20,000 nucleotides of DNA, taken from an uncultured virus (IMG/VR IMGVR_UViG_3300031227_000031). Lineage: Duplodnaviria; Heunggongvirae; Uroviricota; Caudoviricetes. The stretch lies in the IMG/VR virus record IMGVR_UViG_3300031227_000031. One strand, written 5' to 3'. The position numbers were made by a program, and so were the translations under genes. Below, in pieces: positions 15,652 through 20,000 of this stretch (positions within the stretch are counted from its first letter, which is position 1; each line of letters starts with the position of its first letter). The notes beneath the pieces are model-generated. The model saw nothing but the letters and a program-made list of their open reading frames with translations. It was not told the DNA's origin and did not search any database.

Positions 15652-17106
15652 TTATTCTTCTTCTGTTTTTTCGTCTTTTTCTTCATCCTTTTTCTTTTTC
15701 TTATCATCTTCAATAACTTCATCAGAGCCGTCAGCCGAGGGCGCTTTTTTGTAGTTTTTCTGTTCCCGGCTTATTTGCTCGAGTTCTTGAATGTCCACAC
15801 CAAGATCCGTCATAAACGTATGGAACGACCGTTTGGCCGTATCCGGGCGAATCCACTCATTATCGACTGCCGTTTTCATAGCGCTGGAAAATTTATCCAA
15901 AGAATTAGCCATTGACTGTGCATCCCTTGAAATAATCGGAGATGGGAAAACAGCAAATGCGCAATCAGTGTTCTTGTCCAACATCCCGTGTATAATCTTT
16001 TGATCAAGCACAAACCTGAAAATACGCATAATAATATTCTTAAAGTACCGTTGCCGCGAACGAAGATGCTTCAATGTCGGTGCGGACATCGCTACAGCCG
16101 TAGCCCTTGTCGTGTTTTCGCCTTCACCAAACCAGTGCCCCGGGAACCCCGCGCCACCAAGAATCTGATTGCGGAACATTTTAGCCTCGTTTGAGGCATC
16201 GTCTGATTCAAGCTTTGAAGAAATGATGTTCCATTTTATCTTTTCATTATGAATACGCATTGATCCGGGTTTAGGCGCACGAAGATTTTTTGCGAATTCT
16301 TCAATCTCTTTTTTGCCCATGCCTTCACACAACACATCCCAAACAAATGTGTTAAGGTAAAATGCTCGTTCAAGCCTGGCAAAAAGAAATTGGTTGAATC
16401 CATCAATCCAATCGGCTAAACATAAAAGATCCGATCGCCCACGGCTTGACCAGGCAACCTTGTTGACTGCGAAATAAAAACATTCACCCATCAGCCGGCC
16501 ATGCGTTGAAGATCGTTTCGCGTTGTCTGCCCGGACAACTTTGAGTTTATATTTTTTTCGCCGTTTTTCCCATTCAACATATTCCGCTTCTTCTGGGTTG
16601 TCTTTATCCTGCTTGATTTTAGTGATCACTCCGGGATCAAGGTACCCCAACTTGACATCGCCGTTATATTTATTCACAAAAACGGGGTAACATTGTTCAC
16701 CCCAGAGCCCTAACTCTAAGGCCTTATCTCCTTGTTTCATTTCCCAATTATTATCAGGATCATTCCAAAAATTCATGAGGATATCTTGCACTTTTGGATC
16801 CTTGGCCATAAATTTAAACCCATCGCCAACAACAAAAGATCGCATGATCTCAAGAATCCGGTGCGCTAACGGATCTGAATCGTAAAGGTAAAAAGCGATC
16901 TCCTGCATCCGCGATTGGACCAGCACGTTCAGGTCCCGGTTAACGGTCTCCGTTAAACTCCGCCACCCCACATCTTCAGATCGTGGGTTTCCTACACTTG
17001 GCGTAGCTTCAATCAAGAACGCTTGTTTGACTTCCCCTTTAACTGAAGCAATGGATTCTTTAATTTTACTTCGTGGTGACTTTTTTGTAGATGTTTTTAC
17101 CGCCAT
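15652..17106 (-). CDS. Portal protein
   Basis: 484 aa after terL; motifs LYDSDPLAHRILEIMRSFVVGDGF, LWGEQC, SRGRSDL and GFPGHWFG...TTRATA; charged C-terminal tail. Confidence 0.9.
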   Translation of the reverse strand: MAVKTSTKKSPRSKIKESIASVKGEVKQAFLIEATPSVGNPRSEDVGWRSLTETVNRDLNVLVQSRMQEIAFYLYDSDPLAHRILEIMRSFVVGDGFKFMAKDPKVQDILMNFWNDPDNNWEMKQGDKALELGLWGEQCYPVFVNKYNGDVKLGYLDPGVITKIKQDKDNPEEAEYVEWEKRRKKYKLKVVRADNAKRSSTHGRLMGECFYFAVNKVAWSSRGRSDLLCLADWIDGFNQFLFARLERAFYLNTFVWDVLCEGMGKKEIEEFAKNLRAPKPGSMRIHNEKIKWNIISSKLESDDASNEAKMFRNQILGGAGFPGHWFGEGENTTRATAVAMSAPTLKHLRSRQRYFKNIIMRIFRFVLDQKIIHGMLDKNTDCAFAVFPSPIISRDAQSMANSLDKFSSAMKTAVDNEWIRPDTAKRSFHTFMTDLGVDIQELEQISREQKNYKKAPSADGSDEVIEDDKKKKKDEEKDEKTEEE

Positions 17107-18731
17107 ATTGAACTCCTTCGTGGTATTCTGTGCGTACTGAGCACCTTTTGTAAATGAACTGAATATGGTCTCACAACCCCAGGCATCTCCGCTTGAGGTT
17201 TTTCTTTGTTTTTTTCTTTGTTTTCTTCCTTATTTTCTTCGACTCCATCAACATTGCCGAGAGAATCAACGGAAATATTAATCATTTCACCAGACAATAA
17301 AGGGTATAGCCAACAAACAACATATTCAAAAGCGTTTACTTTGTGCGTTGACCAATCATCGTTATGGTCGGTCCCCTGCCGGTTAAGATGAGAGTACGCT
17401 ATGGCTTTTGAAAATTTGTCACAACGGGAAGATACCTGGATTTTCGGCAGCCCGTCAACCCTGGCTTTCAGCACGGTTTTAATTGTCCGTCGTTTTTCTT
17501 CATTGGTCCCGATATTTTTTGTGCGAATAATAAGGTGTCCCCCAGAAACCGCGGAGTACTCTTCAATAACTGAACGTTTCGATGTTCTGTCACGGCGATG
17601 CCCATGATGATGATCGCCGATTGCTAATATATCAGATATTTTTCCTGTATATCTTATATCTTGTAATATCTTTAAGAAGTTACGATAATGCTCTTGAGTT
17701 AAGAGATTCTTTTGCTCATAACACCACAACATAAAAAGCCGGTCTTTTTCATCTTGCTGTAAGAACTCAATGACTTCGCCTTCAAGCCCGAAATCAAAAC
17801 CAAGAATTAATGGATGTTTTGGATTATAATAGAAATTGCGACTTGATCGGTGGATATCATCAGACCATTCAATATAAGATTTTTCAGATTTTGTGCGATC
17901 GTATTTTATTTCAAGCTCTTGATTAACTTCTTCTTCCGTCATTGTTGCTGTTTTCTTCTTAAACCAGCCCTCATCCTTTAAAGGATGCTCAGACCAATGA
18001 AATTTCATGACCTTAAACCCACCACGGTCAAGCGTAAGCTCCCTCAACTCAACGTATTTATTTTCTTGCGCGTCTTCTGGCGGTGTCGAGTTTACTAAAA
18101 CAGAATTCGTACACGATCGCACAGCTTTCCACATCTCACGAAAAACATCAATATGCGCTGCTTCATCAACGAATACAAACTTATATTGCGTATCGCGACC
18201 AGCATTCTTATTCGCGGATTCACCTTTAATAACAGAACTCGTTGCTAAAACGTGGAATGTTAAAAACGGGGTATGCGTGCGAAGTTTAAATTCGGGGGGA
18301 AGATTTCTATACATAAAATGTACCCGGCCGATTAAAGAGTGGTATGTGCATCCGCTATCCTGCACCTCATTTTCTTTACGAGAAATGTTTAATGATGTGA
18401 AGTATTCCGTAAAAAGCGCCTGGTGTAACTGAAACGCCATTACCACCCAGCTTATTCCCATATCGCGAGACTTCTCACTGAAAACGTCGCCAAACTTAAT
18501 CAATTCCGCGAGCAACCGTTTTTGGTGTGGCCAAAGCACGAAATTAGCAATACGTTCTTTTTCCGGTCTATGTGGCATAAAAACTTTGCAGTGTTTCTCA
18601 ATAAACCGTTCTGGATCCTCTTTACACATCTGCCATTCCCGGATCCAAAAACGCCGTTTATCCTGAGCTTGCTGCACTCCGGATATCTTCAGCACTGAAG
18701 ACTTCAAGTTTTCTTGTTTCCCGTTTTTCAA
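17097..18731 (-). CDS. terL: Terminase large subunit
   Basis: Adenine-binding LWPHQ, Walker A-like EKSRDMGISW, Walker B FVFVDEAAH, coupling motif NSTP, nuclease GFDFG. Start uncertain (TTG 18731 overlaps terS by 74 nt; GTG 18677 is an alternative). Confidence 0.95.
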   Translation of the reverse strand: MKNGKQENLKSSVLKISGVQQAQDKRRFWIREWQMCKEDPERFIEKHCKVFMPHRPEKERIANFVLWPHQKRLLAELIKFGDVFSEKSRDMGISWVVMAFQLHQALFTEYFTSLNISRKENEVQDSGCTYHSLIGRVHFMYRNLPPEFKLRTHTPFLTFHVLATSSVIKGESANKNAGRDTQYKFVFVDEAAHIDVFREMWKAVRSCTNSVLVNSTPPEDAQENKYVELRELTLDRGGFKVMKFHWSEHPLKDEGWFKKKTATMTEEEVNQELEIKYDRTKSEKSYIEWSDDIHRSSRNFYYNPKHPLILGFDFGLEGEVIEFLQQDEKDRLFMLWCYEQKNLLTQEHYRNFLKILQDIRYTGKISDILAIGDHHHGHRRDRTSKRSVIEEYSAVSGGHLIIRTKNIGTNEEKRRTIKTVLKARVDGLPKIQVSSRCDKFSKAIAYSHLNRQGTDHNDDWSTHKVNAFEYVVCWLYPLLSGEMINISVDSLGNVDGVEENKEENKEKNKEKPQAEMPGVVRPYSVHLQKVLSTHRIPRRSSIWR

Positions 18732-19170
18732 CTTGACCCCCTAATAAATAAATCTCAAGCTTCATTAAACGTTCAAGCGTCGTATATGATGCTTTTTCCC
18801 TTATATTTCCCTTCTCAAGCTCTTCTTTGACTTGATCAATTGCCGTATGTACCATGTCTAAAAACTCGCGCCGGCGCTCAATTAAATCAACATTGAACTC
18901 TTTGGTGACGGAATCCTGAAACATCAACAAGCGGACCTTCAACGGGCGGATCCCGCGACGATCGTCACCTTTTTCAAAATACTTCTTAGCCGTATCATAA
19001 CACATTTCTGTATTCTTTGCGGCCTCACGTAATTGTTCACCTTCAGTTAACCGCTTATAAAGCTCGTCAATCTTTTCTTGCGGGATCTGATAGCGATACC
19101 CATACATCCTGTGAGGCTTCGGTTTCCGCAAATTCGCAAGCGAATTCGGGTTCGTTTGTTTTTTTCCCAT
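18658..19170 (-). CDS. terS: Terminase small subunit
   Basis: NPNSLANL N-terminal motif, HTH-like LREAAKNTEMCYDTAKKY, helical oligomerisation region; directly upstream of terL. Confidence 0.75.
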   Translation of the reverse strand: MGKKQTNPNSLANLRKPKPHRMYGYRYQIPQEKIDELYKRLTEGEQLREAAKNTEMCYDTAKKYFEKGDDRRGIRPLKVRLLMFQDSVTKEFNVDLIERRREFLDMVHTAIDQVKEELEKGNIREKASYTTLERLMKLEIYLLGGQVEKRETRKLEVFSAEDIRSAASSG

Positions 19171-19469
19171 TATTGAGCCACCTTCTTTCTGACCACGTAA
19201 TTAATTACACCCGTGATTTTATCCGCACCGGAATCGTATTCAGCCGTGAAAAATAACCGATAAATCCCTGCCCGCAATAAAGTGAGTTTATGATAAATCT
19301 GCGTACCTGAAATACTGGCAGCAGTTTCCGCTAAAAACGGCTTTGGTGTCCGGCCGTGCTCAAGTACCCTTATTTTCGCAGTTCCTGTATCCGGTGTTTG
19401 AGCGACACCATCAACTTTAAACGCCCCACGAAAGGTTCTAACATCGTTTTCATAATACACATGTTTCAT
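19170..19469 (-). CDS. Small Ig-like / BppU N-terminal-like protein
   Basis: 99 aa, all-beta pattern with AGIYRLFFTAEY; SD GAGGTG; stop overlaps the terS start (TAATG). Confidence 0.55.
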   Translation of the reverse strand: MKHVYYENDVRTFRGAFKVDGVAQTPDTGTAKIRVLEHGRTPKPFLAETAASISGTQIYHKLTLLRAGIYRLFFTAEYDSGADKITGVINYVVRKKVAQ

Positions 19470-19478
19470 TTTTACACC

Positions 19479-20000
19479 TCACCATGTATCAGGATCATCT
19501 TCTGTCTGATCCTCGAATTTATATAATTTTGTATCATTATAAAACTTAAAGTTTTCCGTATAATTTTCAAATTTTAAGTATTCAGTCTCATCTTTAAATT
19601 CGGGGGCGAACGGTAACGTCGTTGTCGTTGACGTTGATGTCGTGCTAGTTGACGTCGTTGACGTCGTTGACGTCGTGCTCGTCGATGTGGATGTCGTCGA
19701 CGAAGTCGATGTAGAACCTTCTTGCGTTGTTGACGTTGTTGACGTGCTTGTGGTCGATGTCGTGCTCGTTGACGTAGTTGACGTAGTTGACGTAGTTGAC
19801 GTAGTTGACGTCGAAGTTGTTGATGTCGTCGATGTGGTTGAGGTAGTGCTAGTCGTGCTCGTTGACGTCGTTGACGTGGTCGAAGTCGATGTTGTTGAAG
19901 TCGTCGATGTTGTTGAGGTAGTGCTAGTCGTGCTCGTCGATGTGGTTAATGTTGTCGAAGTCGATGTTGTTGAAGTCGTCGATGTTGTTGAGGTAGTGCT
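19479..20000 (-). CDS. Ser/Thr-rich (mucin-like) protein, C-terminal part; start lies outside the window
   Basis: Not in the ORF track. 173 codons with no stop, then TGA at 19479-19481. Reads [T/S tract]...TTTTLPFAPEFKDETEYLKFENYTENFKFYNDTKLYKFEDQTEDDPDTW*. The stop overlaps the SD of the next gene. Confidence 0.85.
   Translation of the reverse strand, partial: STTSTTSTTSTTSTSTTLTTSTSTTSTTSTTSTTSTTSTSTTSTTSTSTTSTTSTTSTTSTTSTSTTSTTSTTSTTSTSTTSTTSTSTTSTTQEGSTSTSSTTSTSTSTTSTTSTTSTSTTSTSTTTTLPFAPEFKDETEYLKFENYTENFKFYNDTKLYKFEDQTEDDPDTW
19617..20000 (-). repeat. Low-complexity Ser/Thr-coding tract with internal duplications
   Basis: 124 of 128 codons are Thr or Ser (exceptions L, Q, E, G). A 9-nt unit (gttgacgta) repeats about 4 times near 19768-19810. 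A 47-nt exact repeat at 19879-19925 and 19954-20000 gives a 75-nt period. Confidence 0.95.

Noticed and set aside
18658..18731. terS/terL overlap as a programmed frameshift fusion
   Set aside because: terL is in the +1 frame with no recognisable shift signal; an ordinary overlapping or later start explains it.
19617..20000. Possible CRISPR array or non-coding satellite
   Set aside because: No constant repeat with unique spacers. The variation is mostly synonymous within one open Thr/Ser frame.
1..20000. Stop-codon reassignment, introns or inteins in terminase, portal or capsid
   Set aside because: All core genes are full length in the standard code, TAA and TGA are used as stops, and I saw no intein or homing endonuclease motifs.
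5522..20000. Ser/Thr tracts as ice-binding TxT arrays
   Set aside because: Ice-binding beta-solenoids need regular repeats with structural residues between TxT motifs. These tracts are irregular pure S/T and probably disordered; not excluded, but unsupported.

Overview
This window is the virion morphogenesis operon of a tailed dsDNA phage or prophage (siphovirus-like), encoded entirely on the minus strand in the standard genetic code. In transcription order (high to low coordinates): a 5'-truncated protein that is almost pure Thr/Ser, an Ig/BppU-like protein, small and large terminase, portal, a 906-aa protease-scaffold-major capsid fusion, two paralogous head-accessory proteins, another small structural protein, head-tail adaptor, a small membrane protein, tail terminator, tail tube, a Mu gpG/P2 gpS-like tail completion protein, tail assembly chaperone with a -1 slippery site, tape measure, DUF2460-like distal tail protein, DUF2163-like hub, an NlpC/P60 domain fused to a gpJ-like tail tip, two small hypotheticals and the start of a tail fibre. 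The most striking feature is that six unrelated genes carry proline-free Ser/Thr tracts (18 to at least 128 residues), five at a protein terminus, on parts spanning head, neck, tail tube and tail tip. The tracts use mixed synonymous codons, so they look selected at the protein level. A virion-wide O-glycosylation or other hydroxyl-modification tag (a mucin-like coat) is my best inference, but no modifying enzyme lies in this window. All product calls come from motif recognition and gene order, not database searches.
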